DNA of 47,910 bases from Thainema sp. (GTDB lineage Bacteria > Cyanobacteriota > Cyanobacteriia > Phormidesmidales > Phormidesmidaceae): NCBI GenBank assembly GCA_052168235.1, contig JBQLZK010000060.1:1-47910 (forward strand), in the 5' to 3' direction. The notes beneath the pieces are model-generated. The model ran no database searches. It had not been told where the DNA came from and saw only the letters and a program-made list of their open reading frames with translations. Of this stretch, positions 9,056-18,398 are shown piece after piece. Position 1 is the stretch's first letter. Every line of letters starts with the position of its first letter. The translations under genes were made by a program, and so were the position numbers.

Positions 9056-9793
9056 CTAATTAGCGCTATTTTCCGTCTCACCCAGGGCGTTTCGCTGAGC
9101 TGTCATTAATTCTGTGATCCCTTTTTCAGCTAGGTCAAGCATTTGGTTGAGCTGATGACGGCTAAAGCTTTGTTCTTCGGCAGTCCCCTGAATTTCAATC
9201 ACACTAAGATCGCCGTCTAGCACAATGTTGCAATCCACTTCCGCCTTGAGATCTTCAGGATAGTTTAAGTCCAGATAGGCTGCTCCCTCGATGATGCCAA
9301 CGGAAACGGCTGCCACCTGCTGTTTAATGGGAGATTGCTCTAGGTCACCCTGCTGGATCAAATGTGCGATCGCATCTTGCATCGCCACATAGGAACCCGT
9401 GATCGCTGCCGTGCGCGTGCCAGCATCAGCCTGAAGAACATCGGCATCGATCCAGAGCGTCCGTTCACCCAACAGTTTCATATCAAGGGCTGCCCTTAGG
9501 CTGCGTCCAATCAGCCGCTGAATTTCCTGCGTGCGACCGGAAAGCTTCATCCACTCGCGGGACTGTCGCTGGGGCGTTGCGCTAGGTAGCATGCGATATT
9601 CTGCCGTGAGCCATCCCTGCCCCGTATCTGCCAAAAATCGCGGTACTCCAGGCTGAATCGACACTGTACAGAGCACCTGCGTGTTGCCACAGTGAATCAG
9701 AACAGAACCGGGAGCAAATTGGGTGAAGTGGCGATCGAATTTGACCGGACGGAGTTCATCAGGTTTGCGATCGTCTGGTCGTTGCCAAGCCAT
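9056..9793 (-). CDS. rph: Ribonuclease PH
   Basis: [28 protein letters not shown] and [16 protein letters not shown] motifs. Likely ATG at 9793. Confidence 0.97.
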   Translation of the reverse strand: MAWQRPDDRKPDELRPVKFDRHFTQFAPGSVLIHCGNTQVLCTVSIQPGVPRFLADTGQGWLTAEYRMLPSATPQRQSREWMKLSGRTQEIQRLIGRSLRAALDMKLLGERTLWIDADVLQADAGTRTAAITGSYVAMQDAIAHLIQQGDLEQSPIKQQVAAVSVGIIEGAAYLDLNYPEDLKAEVDCNIVLDGDLSVIEIQGTAEEQSFSRHQLNQMLDLAEKGITELMTAQRNALGETENSAN

Positions 9794-9973
9794 ATAAGTC
9801 TTCCTAGTGCAATGCCTCACTCAGGATACAGCAGACTAGAGAATCCATTGCAGGCTTCTGCCCACTCATAGCAAACCTAAATGAGTGGTGCAAAGTGTGA
9901 GTGAACGGACTTCAGTCGGCGAGAATACCGTACATTTTTGTAAATGCGTTTCTTTCTGAAGTTCTATTGACGT

Positions 9974-10031
9974 TCTGTATATCTAGTGTTTTGATAAGGA
10001 GGAAACAGAGCATTTACGCTATATATCAAAC
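9974..10031 (+). promoter_or_regulatory. Candidate tandem NrdR boxes
   Basis: TCTGTATATCTAGTGT (9974) and ACGCTATATATCAAAC (10016) start 42 bp apart. Both partly match ACACWATATATWGTGT. Confidence 0.4.
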
Positions 10032-10215
10032 TCTGCTTAGAGCATTTCGCTTCTTGGCTTCGGTATTTAAAGTCGCTTAGTTTTTATATCCTCTTTTAGA
10101 TTTTGTTTCAGTGCGTCATGCGTCAGAACAGTGGCAAAGATGATGATACGCTTGTATCAAGCTGAGTGCTGTTCCGGCTCGTCCGTTTTCGTTCAATCCC
10201 TTATCGCTTGCCTCT

Positions 10216-10770
10216 ATGGTTTCTCAGCTCGGAGCCCCATCAACCGCCGCCAAGCCTCAGGTTTCCTCAAACCGCCGCTACCTACATGTGATTAAAGGCA
10301 GTATCCAAGTCTTCACCAGTCCTCACCGCAGTTTTTTTACCAGCGTGATGTCGCAAGCGCTGCGGGCTGCGGGGCAGGGGATGCCTGTCTTGATCGTTCA
10401 GTTTCTTAAAGGCGGGATGAATCAAGGCGTTGATCATCCCACTCAACTCAGCCAGCACCTTGACTGGTATCGTTGCGATCTCCCCCGCTGTATCGATACA
10501 CCACAGGTAGAGCCGCAAGAGCAATCAGCCCTGCAAGAGCTGTGGCAGCATACTCAAGATATGGTGATGCAGGGGCGGTATGGATTCGTCGTCCTGGATG
10601 AACTCAGCCTAGCGGTGCATTTTGGCTTGATTTCCGAAGCCGAAGTGGTGGCTCTGCTCAAAAAGCGTCCGCCTCATATTGATGTGGTGCTAACGGGGCC
10701 AGAGGTTCCGGCTGCAATTCTGGACTTGGCCGACCAAATTACCGAACTGCGTCGCCATCCATTTATCTAA
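10216..10770 (+). CDS. Cob(I)alamin adenosyltransferase (CobA/CobO/BtuR)-like protein with degenerate P-loop
   Basis: ALRAAGQG, IVQFLKGG, VVLDEL, DVVLTG and ADQITELR motifs. The GxGKGK(S/T) loop is replaced by TSPHRSFFT. Confidence 0.8.
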   Translation: MVSQLGAPSTAAKPQVSSNRRYLHVIKGSIQVFTSPHRSFFTSVMSQALRAAGQGMPVLIVQFLKGGMNQGVDHPTQLSQHLDWYRCDLPRCIDTPQVEPQEQSALQELWQHTQDMVMQGRYGFVVLDELSLAVHFGLISEAEVVALLKKRPPHIDVVLTGPEVPAAILDLADQITELRRHPFI

Positions 10771-10843
10771 TAGGAGTGATGGAGGTGGGATGCGATCGCT
10801 CCTTTCCCACCACATAAAAAGCCACCACAGCATTCAGAATTGG

Positions 10844-10859
10844 ACACTATCTGTAGCGG
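10844..10859 (+). promoter_or_regulatory. Candidate NrdR box upstream of dcd
   Basis: ACACTATCTGTAGCGG, 12/16 to the NrdR consensus. Confidence 0.4.
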
Positions 10860-11001
10860 CATTCCACGGATACAGTTTTTGTACCTAACTCGGAATTGTT
10901 TCTGTAACAATTTCCCAAAAATCAGCGTAATATTGCCAAGTCAATCCATAAGTTGCGCTATAAGGTTCACTCACTCAGCGCCCTAGTTTTAAGTTAAACC
11001 G

Positions 11002-11604
11002 ATGATTAAAAACGACACCTGGATTCATCAAATGTCCACACGGGGCATGATTGCGCCCTTTGAGCCGTCTCTCGTGCGCCACATTTCAACCAATGGCTCG
11101 GCCAATTCTGGACAGCCCGTAATTAGCTATGGCCTGTCCTCCTATGGCTACGATATTCGCCTCTCGCCATCGGAATTCCGCATTTTCCGCCACATTCCCG
11201 GTCGTGTAGTCGATCCGAAAAACTTTAATCCTGAGAACCTGGAGCCGACTTCGCTACACGAAGATGAAAGCGGCCAGTTCTTTATCTTGCCTGCTCATTC
11301 CTATGGTCTGGGCGTTGCCCTAGAGCGAATCGAGGTGCCCGACAATATCACTATCATCTGCATCGGCAAGAGCACCTACGCCCGCTGTGGCATCATTGCT
11401 AATCTAACTCCGGCTGAGGCCGCTTGGCGTGGTCATTTGACGCTTGAATTTTCTAACTCATCCAGTGCCGACTGCCGCATCTACGCCAACGAAGGAGTCG
11501 TGCAGTTGCTGTTCTTGGAAGGCGAACCCTGCGCCGTCAGCTACGACGCTCGCCGAGGCAAGTATCAAGATCAGCCGGAGCAAGTCACGCTAGCGCGAGT
11601 ATAA
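11002..11604 (+). CDS. dcd: dCTP deaminase
   Basis: ISYGLSSYGYDIRL, GKSTYARCG, TPAEAAWRGHLTLE and GKYQDQ motifs. Confidence 0.97.
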   Translation: MIKNDTWIHQMSTRGMIAPFEPSLVRHISTNGSANSGQPVISYGLSSYGYDIRLSPSEFRIFRHIPGRVVDPKNFNPENLEPTSLHEDESGQFFILPAHSYGLGVALERIEVPDNITIICIGKSTYARCGIIANLTPAEAAWRGHLTLEFSNSSSADCRIYANEGVVQLLFLEGEPCAVSYDARRGKYQDQPEQVTLARV

Positions 11605-11605
11605 G

Positions 11606-11686
11606 TACTCTGTAAATTAAGTTTTGATGGTTGATGTGCTGCGCTCCGCGCAGCACATCAACCATCAAAACTTAATTTACAGAGTA
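11606..11686. mobile_element. Palindromic MITE (39-bp perfect arms, 3-nt loop) with 5-bp target duplication
   Basis: ATAAG [TACTCTGTAAATTAAG...GCGC-TCC-GCGC...CTTAATTTACAGAGTA] ATAAG. The duplication is at 11601-11605 and 11687-11691. Confidence 0.85.
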
Positions 11687-11856
11687 ATAAGTCTAGCCCT
11701 GTGGGTTTGGTGCTGAGTGTTCAGCCTTTACAGTCTTTACAGCCCTTTTCTTCCTCACGAGAATTGCGCTTTTTCTCGACTTGCACTAGTTTTTGTGTTG
11801 AGAGGTGACTCAGCAAGAGCAGAGCAACCAGTATTGAACAGAGGTCAAGTGGCGTT

Positions 11857-12909
11857 ATGGCAAAAGCAGCAAAATCAGAAACAGTGCCCAAGGCGATGCA
11901 GGAAAAATTTGACAGCATCACGGCCATTACTGATGAGTTTGCCAAGCAGCATCTGAACGATGAATATGCGCTGCTCATTCGTCAGGCCACTGCTGCGCTG
12001 TGTCGTAAACGGCCTTCTCCGCTTATGAGTGGTCGAGAGAAGACCTGGGCTTGTGGGATTACGCATGCGATCGGGATGGTGAATTTTCTGTTTGACTCCT
12101 CCCAAGAGCCGCACGTGAGCGCCAGAGATTTGTATGCACTGTTTGGTGTCGGTGCCAGTACGGGGCAGGGTAAATCGAAACAGGTGCGGGACATGTTGGA
12201 TATGCACCAGATGGATCCCAACTGGAGTTTGCCGAGCATGATCGACCAAAATCCGCTGGCTTGGATGATTTCAGTGGATGGCCTGATCTTGGATGCGCGC
12301 TCGGCTCCTCGTGCGGTGCAAGAACAGTTGGCTGCGGCTGGAATGATTCCCTATGTACCGAACGTTGAGGGTGGCGATTCGACCGCTCAGGGGTTAGGGC
12401 ATCAGCTGCAAAAAGTAGAGCGACCAACGATTGAACGTGAGCCAGATACGCTCTACGTTTTAGACGTGAGTGTGATTGATGGGCCAGTCACAGAAGAGTT
12501 TATGCAACGTAATCCAGAAGTGACGCGCACGATTGAAATTAAAGGCAGTCAGACGCTAGCAACCTTACATCAGATTTTATTCAAGGCATTTGATCGAGAA
12601 GACGAGCATATGTATGAGTTTCAGGTTGGTGGCAAAGGGCCGCAAGATCCGGCTGCGCTGCGCTACGGTCTCACGTCACCATTTAAGAATATGGATGACG
12701 ACATAGATGGTGCGGTTGAGCAGACGACGATCAACGATTTGAACCTGACGGAGGGCGAATTCTTCGGCTACTGGTTCGATTTTGGTGACGACTGGTGGCA
12801 TGTGGTTGAGGTGAAAGAAATCGGCAAGAAGAAGGCAGGAAAAGGTAAATTTCCTAAGATTACCAACCGGATTGGTGCGAGTCCGCCGCAGTACGCTGAC
12901 TTTGAATAG
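11857..12909 (+). CDS. DUF6398-like N-terminal domain fused to plasmid pRiA4b ORF-3 (IS1096 passenger TnpR-like) domain
   Basis: N-terminal LCRKRPSPL..G...WACGI..A.G.VNFLFD. C-terminal TL..LH..LF.AF..EDEHMYEF and YWFDFGDDWWH. Confidence 0.75.
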   Translation: MAKAAKSETVPKAMQEKFDSITAITDEFAKQHLNDEYALLIRQATAALCRKRPSPLMSGREKTWACGITHAIGMVNFLFDSSQEPHVSARDLYALFGVGASTGQGKSKQVRDMLDMHQMDPNWSLPSMIDQNPLAWMISVDGLILDARSAPRAVQEQLAAAGMIPYVPNVEGGDSTAQGLGHQLQKVERPTIEREPDTLYVLDVSVIDGPVTEEFMQRNPEVTRTIEIKGSQTLATLHQILFKAFDREDEHMYEFQVGGKGPQDPAALRYGLTSPFKNMDDDIDGAVEQTTINDLNLTEGEFFGYWFDFGDDWWHVVEVKEIGKKKAGKGKFPKITNRIGASPPQYADFE

Positions 12910-12952
12910 GTTTGAATAGGGTCGATAGGTTGGGATTCAGAGCTATACTGCT

Positions 12953-12983
12953 GTTGGGCTTTGCGTTGCTCAACCCAACCTAC
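12953..12983 (-). repeat. GTAG-family REP sequence
   Basis: The minus strand reads GTAGGTTGGGTTGAGCAACGCAAAGCCCAAC. A partial opposite copy TAGGTTGGG lies at 12926. Confidence 0.7.
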
Positions 12984-13012
12984 TGAACTATTGGATTTAC
13001 ACTCCGACAACC

Positions 13013-14326
13013 ATGACTGCGTCTCAAACCACTCCAATTCCTTCCTTGGTTGAAATTGCTCAGCAGACTCGGCAGGCCGCTCAGCAATTGGCCGTCATGT
13101 CTACTGAAGCCAAAAATCAGGCGATTTTAGCGATCGCAACTGCTCTGCAATCCCACACGCCAGAAATTCTGGCCGCCAATCAGGAAGATTGCGAAGTAGC
13201 TGAGCGGGAAGGACTAGCCAAGCCGCTCTACGGTCGCCTAAAGCTGGATGAGGTGAAGCTGCAAGGTGAGATCGCAGGCGTGCAGGACGTGGCGCGACTG
13301 CCCGATCCAGCCGGTACGGTGCAGATTCATCGGCAGTTGGATGATGGCTTGGAGCTGAAGCGCGTCGCCTGTCCGCTGGGGGTACTGGGTGTAATTTTTG
13401 AATCTCGTCCCGATGCCGTAATGCAGATTTCGTCGCTGGCCATCAAGTCCGGCAACGGCGTCATCCTCAAAGGCGGTAAAGAAGCCGTGCGTTCCTGTCA
13501 GGCATTGGTCAAAGCGATTCGTGACGGTCTCGAACAAGCTGGCGTCAATCCGGCTGCGGTGCAGTTGCTGACGACGCGTGAGGAAACGGCGGCGCTGCTG
13601 GAGCTGGATGAGTACGTGGATTTAATCATTCCCCGTGGCTCTAACTCCTTTGTTCGGTTTGTGCAGGAAAATACTCGCATTCCGGTCTTGGGTCACGCAG
13701 ACGGTATTTGTCACCTCTACGTTGATCAGGCCGCCGATTTGGATCAAGCGGTCGAGATTGCCGTCGATGCCAAGACGGGCTATCCCTCAGCCTGCAACGC
13801 GATTGAAACACTGCTGGTGCATCGTGCGATCGCAGATCAGTTTTTACCCGCTGTGGCAAAGGCATTGGAAGCCAAAGGGGTTGAACTGCGGGGCGATGCT
13901 CAGACAGCGCAAGTTTTGTCCAGCGTAGTGCCAGCGACTGAAGCGGACTGGCAAACGGAATACAGCGATTTAATTCTGTCGATTCGTGTGGTTGAGAGCG
14001 TGGATCAGGCGATTGAGCACATCAACACCTACGGTTCTCGCCATACCGATGCCATTGTCACGACTGACGATGCGGCGGCAGCTCAGTTTATGAATCAGGT
14101 GAATGCCGCTGGGGTCTATCGCAATTGTTCCACCCGCTTTGCTGATGGCTTCCGCTACGGTTTTGGTGCAGAGGTGGGCATCAGTACTCAAAGCCTGCCG
14201 CCGCGTGGCCCGGTCGGACTAGAAGGTCTGGTGACATATAAGTATCAGGTGGAGGGGCATGGCCACATTGTTGCCACCTATTCCGGCGCTGATGCTAAGC
14301 CCTTTAAGCATCAAGATTTGCTGTAA
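13013..14326 (+). CDS. proA: Glutamate-5-semialdehyde dehydrogenase
   Basis: [41 protein letters not shown] and [11 protein letters not shown] motifs. Confidence 0.97.
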   Translation: MTASQTTPIPSLVEIAQQTRQAAQQLAVMSTEAKNQAILAIATALQSHTPEILAANQEDCEVAEREGLAKPLYGRLKLDEVKLQGEIAGVQDVARLPDPAGTVQIHRQLDDGLELKRVACPLGVLGVIFESRPDAVMQISSLAIKSGNGVILKGGKEAVRSCQALVKAIRDGLEQAGVNPAAVQLLTTREETAALLELDEYVDLIIPRGSNSFVRFVQENTRIPVLGHADGICHLYVDQAADLDQAVEIAVDAKTGYPSACNAIETLLVHRAIADQFLPAVAKALEAKGVELRGDAQTAQVLSSVVPATEADWQTEYSDLILSIRVVESVDQAIEHINTYGSRHTDAIVTTDDAAAAQFMNQVNAAGVYRNCSTRFADGFRYGFGAEVGISTQSLPPRGPVGLEGLVTYKYQVEGHGHIVATYSGADAKPFKHQDLL

Positions 14327-14505
14327 GTCGAGGTTTCTAGTTCCTGAATAAGAATGCCCTCAACGCTGAACGTCGGGGCCTTCTCATCCAAAATCCGCTC
14401 ACAAGAACCAGTTCTTATTGTTTGTGAAAGCTAGGTTGTGTCTGACTTTTGCAAATAACAATTCGGACTTTTTCCTAGTCGGATTCGTATCATCTGTAGC
14501 TAAAT

Positions 14506-14571
14506 TACAGCCATCTTAAATTGATTATGAACAGGCCGCCCCACTGGAGCGGCCTGTTCATAATCAATTTA
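14506..14571. repeat. Long hairpin (23-bp arms) with TACAGC-type left end; MITE relic and/or bidirectional terminator
   Basis: TAAATTGATTATGAACAGGCCGC (14517-14539) pairs with GCGGCCTGTTCATAATCAATTTA (14549-14571). It lies between convergent genes. Confidence 0.75.
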
Positions 14572-14598
14572 GTTCATCAGCTATTTGAGAGCGCTGTG

Positions 14599-14928
14599 CT
14601 AGCTGTCTCGATTTTCGTTGCGGGCATCCTTAAAAGTGTCGTTTAACTGATTTAAGGTTTCGAGCCGTTCCTGTTCAAAGCGATCTGACAGACTGTTGAG
14701 CGTTTCGATTCGCTCTTGCTTGAAGCGCTCCGATAAACCTTTATTTAGGACTTCCTCACGGGATTCCTCAAACCGATCGGTGAGCCGATTGAGCGTTTCA
14801 ATGCGTTCAGTTTCAAAGCGATCGCTGAGTTTGGATTGAGGATTGATTTCAGATGCATTCGCAGCAGGGACAAAAACGTTGGCAGCGATAGCGAGTACGG
14901 AAAGGTTGGCAAGTACGAAACGTTGCAT
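14599..14928 (-). CDS. Small secreted protein made of five ~15-aa repeats
   Basis: Signal peptide ending VPAANA, then LSDRFETERIETLNR-type repeats. Confidence 0.8.
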   Translation of the reverse strand: MQRFVLANLSVLAIAANVFVPAANASEINPQSKLSDRFETERIETLNRLTDRFEESREEVLNKGLSERFKQERIETLNSLSDRFEQERLETLNQLNDTFKDARNENRDS

Positions 14929-14992
14929 GGTGGGGGCTCCTTGAAAGAATCAAATGATTTGCTTTCATTGATTCCTATGGTGCAAGGTCAGC

Positions 14993-15019
14993 CTGAATCT
15001 GCTCTGAATCGAGTCTGAA
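14993..15019 (-). promoter_or_regulatory. Three TTCAG direct repeats at 11-bp period (OmpR-family-like site)
   Basis: CTGAA at 14993, 15004 and 15015 on the + strand, 65-91 bp upstream of the repeat-protein ATG. Confidence 0.5.
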
Positions 15020-15210
15020 GTTCGCTTAAGGCTTAGATGAGAAATCTGAGCCAGTCTCTCAGACTAATTTCAGGATAGTGGTGATATGGCACTGAGCTTG
15101 TAGATGAAGACATTTATTCTTGGGAAAATCGCACGGAATGTGTGATTTTTCCAAAAATATTGGTTTGACTTAAGCACGTAGCGCTATCTCAGCAAATTCT
15201 AGGGACATGC

Positions 15211-15243
15211 AAAAAGGGGCAAATCTCTATTGGATCTGCCCCT
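15211..15243 (-). terminator. Intrinsic terminator after mraY
   Basis: AGGGGCAAAT...ATCTGCCCCT hairpin with an A-run on + (T-run on -). Confidence 0.65.
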
Positions 15244-15278
15244 CAGCCTAAAGGATGTGAGATGAGAATGGCGTGGCT

Positions 15279-16370
15279 CTAGACGGCCAGCGCTAACACA
15301 ACGAGAAATGCGCTGAACACATAAAATGCAGCGACAACCTGAAGTTCAGACCAGCCCGTTAACTCTAAATGGTGATGGAAGGGAGCCATCTTGAATAGGC
15401 GTTTGCCAACACCGTTGCCATCTTTTGTGGCTTTGTAGTAAGCCACTTGAGCAATTACAGATAAGCTTTCGCCGAAGAAGATGAGGCTGAGAATAAACAG
15501 GCCGAATAAGTTACCGCTGAGGATGCCAATTCCTGCCAGTGCGGCACCCAGGCTCAATGAGCCTGTATCTCCCATGAAGACCTGGGCTGGGTTGCGGTTG
15601 TGGATCAGAAAACCTAAGCAGCCACCGCTCAAGCAGGCGGCAAACGTCATTAAGTCGGGATGAGTTGGTGCAACCAGCGAACCTAAACCAAGCAGTGAAA
15701 TGGCTACGGAGCCTGCGGCTAAACCATCTAAGCCATCGGTCAAATTGGTAGCGTTGCTCTCAGCAACAATCACAAATCCAGCGAGCGGCCAGAAGAGAAG
15801 ACCCAGCGGCAGAACAAGCCCAAGCGGTAAGGCCACTGTTGTTAAATCGTCGCCGAGCTGACCCGCAAGCCACATGCAAAATGCGATCGCAGTTCCAACC
15901 TGAAGAGCCAACTTCATGCGGGGAGAAATCCCTTTATTAGAGCGGCGCTGGAGTACCTGCCAGTCATCGATCCAGCCAATAGCACCATAGGCTAAGGTCA
16001 ACGCCGAAACAACCAATGCGTTGGTTGAGAAGCCAGTGACTAAAAGCGCGATCGCAACGGCTGCGGGCACAAAGAAAATACCGCCCATCGTTGGGGTCCC
16101 GGCCTTCTTCTGGTGGGCTCTCGGCCCCTCTTCACGGATAAACTGTCCAGTTTTCCAAGCCTTGAGCAGAGGTACCACACCAAATCCCAGAGCACCGCTG
16201 ACCAGAGCTGCCAACCAAAATGGTAAGGTCAGCGATCCGCTTAAGGTCAGATTGTGGCCTAGAACCCAGTCCAAACCTAGAGCAGCCGCACTGAGACTCA
16301 GTCCTAATAGCCAAAGGAGACGAACCCCGGATAGCGCTAGTGATTTATCAGAAAAAAACTTCGCGTCCAC
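15279..16370 (-). CDS. mraY: Phospho-N-acetylmuramoyl-pentapeptide transferase
   Basis: KAGTPTMGG, SNATNLTDGLDGLA, VFMGDTGSL and FKMAPFHHHLE motifs. Confidence 0.97.
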   Translation of the reverse strand: MDAKFFSDKSLALSGVRLLWLLGLSLSAAALGLDWVLGHNLTLSGSLTLPFWLAALVSGALGFGVVPLLKAWKTGQFIREEGPRAHQKKAGTPTMGGIFFVPAAVAIALLVTGFSTNALVVSALTLAYGAIGWIDDWQVLQRRSNKGISPRMKLALQVGTAIAFCMWLAGQLGDDLTTVALPLGLVLPLGLLFWPLAGFVIVAESNATNLTDGLDGLAAGSVAISLLGLGSLVAPTHPDLMTFAACLSGGCLGFLIHNRNPAQVFMGDTGSLSLGAALAGIGILSGNLFGLFILSLIFFGESLSVIAQVAYYKATKDGNGVGKRLFKMAPFHHHLELTGWSELQVVAAFYVFSAFLVVLALAV

Positions 16371-16380
16371 AAAGAAACCA

Positions 16381-16396
16381 CACTACTCACACCACA
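16381..16396 (-). promoter_or_regulatory. Yfr1 sRNA target-like site in the mraY 5' leader
   Basis: The mRNA reads UGUGGUGUGAGUAGUG about 10 nt upstream of the GTG start. It is complementary, with one mismatch, to the conserved Yfr1 motif ACUCCUCACAC and its flanks. Confidence 0.6.
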
Positions 16397-16668
16397 GACT
16401 TCACAGATTTCAGCCGGAATTCCAGCCAATCTGGATATTTATACTCAATCGAAACAATAAAGCAATTTTCTACTCTAGTCCAAACTGATAGCCAAAACTA
16501 ATCGTTTACCTTACACCGATCCGGATTTAAGTTATAAACCGTAACGATTCTCTGAAAACGCTGGTCTATCTGGTTTCGATTGCTTGGAATGATAACGGAA
16601 ATGATGCAAGCTGAATAAATGATCAAAATTCTTCATATATCTAGTATCTAGCATCCACGGAGTCAGAA

Positions 16669-16747
16669 CTAAACCTAGTAAAGGTTGCCATTCTGCGGCG
16701 ACACAATACTAGGTTTAGGGACTAGGTTTAGGGCGCTAGGTATAGGA
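16669..16747. repeat. 13-bp tandem repeat plus inverted copy
   Basis: ACTAGGTTTAGGG x2 (16708-16733), a degenerate third copy, and the inverted copy CTAAACCTAGTA at 16669-16680. Confidence 0.7.
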
Positions 16748-16792
16748 CTCGGTCTAGACCGTAACGCTAAATGTGAGACTAATCCTCAGAGA

Positions 16793-17026
16793 CTAGTCTT
16801 CATCATCGACATCATCGAGATCATCATCTTCGTCATCGTAGTTCTCGCTACCCATGAGTGCCGTGATTTCTTCTTCATCTTCTTCCTTGGTTTCGGTTTC
16901 TTTGGTATCCCGTTCAATTAGGCGACCGCTGCTTTCGAGCCACTCCAAGACAGATGGACTAGTTGACGGTGGAAGAACAGGCGCAACTTGGTTGCGTCGA
17001 TATTCATGTAGAGAAGGGTTATACAT
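16793..17026 (-). CDS. DUF3134-family small acidic protein
   Basis: MYNPSL...SVLEWLESSGRLIERD with an acidic tail, located upstream of mraY. Confidence 0.8.
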   Translation of the reverse strand: MYNPSLHEYRRNQVAPVLPPSTSPSVLEWLESSGRLIERDTKETETKEEDEEEITALMGSENYDDEDDDLDDVDDED

Positions 17027-17363
17027 AGATCTGGCACCTAGCAGAGGAGTGTTGTTGATTTTAAGTTATGGAACAGTCATCGCTTTGAACTGACGAAGCT
17101 GTGGAAATAAACGCTAGACGTTTCACAGCGCGTCCTAAAACGATCCTGATCAAGTTTACATCGCCAACAGTTAGCTTATGTCTATCACTCTGTCAATAAA
17201 TAAGGGTTAAGAAATCCCCCAAAAGGTTACAGCTGCGACACTAACACCAGCGAATGCCCAATAACCTGCCGGATTCTAGAGTTTCACAGGGTACCAGACG
17301 CGGTATGACTAAGGTGCAAGATATCGACAAGATGTCTATGAGGATGCTAACTGAGGACTCACT

Positions 17364-17948
17364 ATGTTAGGAAAGGCTGAACTGCTCGAAACCATTGCAG
17401 GCAAGAATCGGGGTTTACTCGCATCAGAATCGCAAAAGCAAGCCATTCTATCTGCGATCGCACAATTAGAAGATCGCAACCCCACGGCCCGCCCCCTAGA
17501 GGCCACGGAACTACTCGATGGCAATTGGCGACTGCTCTACACCACTAGTCAAGAACTGCTGCGCCTCGATCTGATTCCCTTTAGTCGATTAGGCCAAATC
17601 TATCAGTGTGTGCAAACGGCTACTGCTCGGATTTACAACATCGCAGAAGTCGCTGGCGTTCCCTACCTAGAAGGTTTAATCAGCGTCGCAGCCCGATTTG
17701 AACCGTCCTCTGAGCGGCGAGTGCAGGTCAAGTTTGAACGGGCCGTGCTCGGCTTACAGCGGTTGTTGAACTACACACAGCCGGATGATCTGATTCAGCA
17801 GATCGAACAGCAAAAATCGTTAAAAGCTATTGATTTCAAAATCGATAGTGAGAATCAGCAGGGCTGGCTAGATATTACATATCTGGATGCTGACTTACGA
17901 ATTGGACGTGGTAATGAAGGTAGCGTTTTTGTCCTGACTAAAGCTTAA
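17364..17948 (+). CDS. PAP/fibrillin family protein
   Basis: LEDRNPT, LLDGNWRLLYTTS and WLDITYLDADLRIGRGNEGSVFVL motifs. Confidence 0.92.
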   Translation: MLGKAELLETIAGKNRGLLASESQKQAILSAIAQLEDRNPTARPLEATELLDGNWRLLYTTSQELLRLDLIPFSRLGQIYQCVQTATARIYNIAEVAGVPYLEGLISVAARFEPSSERRVQVKFERAVLGLQRLLNYTQPDDLIQQIEQQKSLKAIDFKIDSENQQGWLDITYLDADLRIGRGNEGSVFVLTKA

Positions 17949-18398
17949 TCAGCTTAAATTTACGTGATCCGAGTGATCGTAAATCTCTATTTTTGTTTCT
18001 TTACAAAATTTTAGTTTAAAAATCTCAGGATAGCTTTTGTAAAGGTTGGTGCTCTGCCCTTTCGCGCAGAACTAAGATTGATCTCATCTAGCGTTGATCA
18101 ACATCGATTTTATCAACGTGCAAGATTGAGTTTGCCAAACTGTCCGCTCCAACTTGGCTAGCGCACCGAAATTCCAACAGGATTTTGGGCAGATGGACGC
18201 TGCATCTTCATTTCGCCCAAAATCGCATTTCAGATTCATGGCAAATTCTGCTTCGTATTACTGTCACGATTTTATGTGACCAAAAGCACCCCGACAGGTG
18301 CCGTCAGCTCAGGGATTGCGCTGCCAGGATAGAACCGAACCTGACCAACGGTTCCTATTCAAAAGCAGTGCTTTAATTAGCCTCATAAGGAGTTTGTT

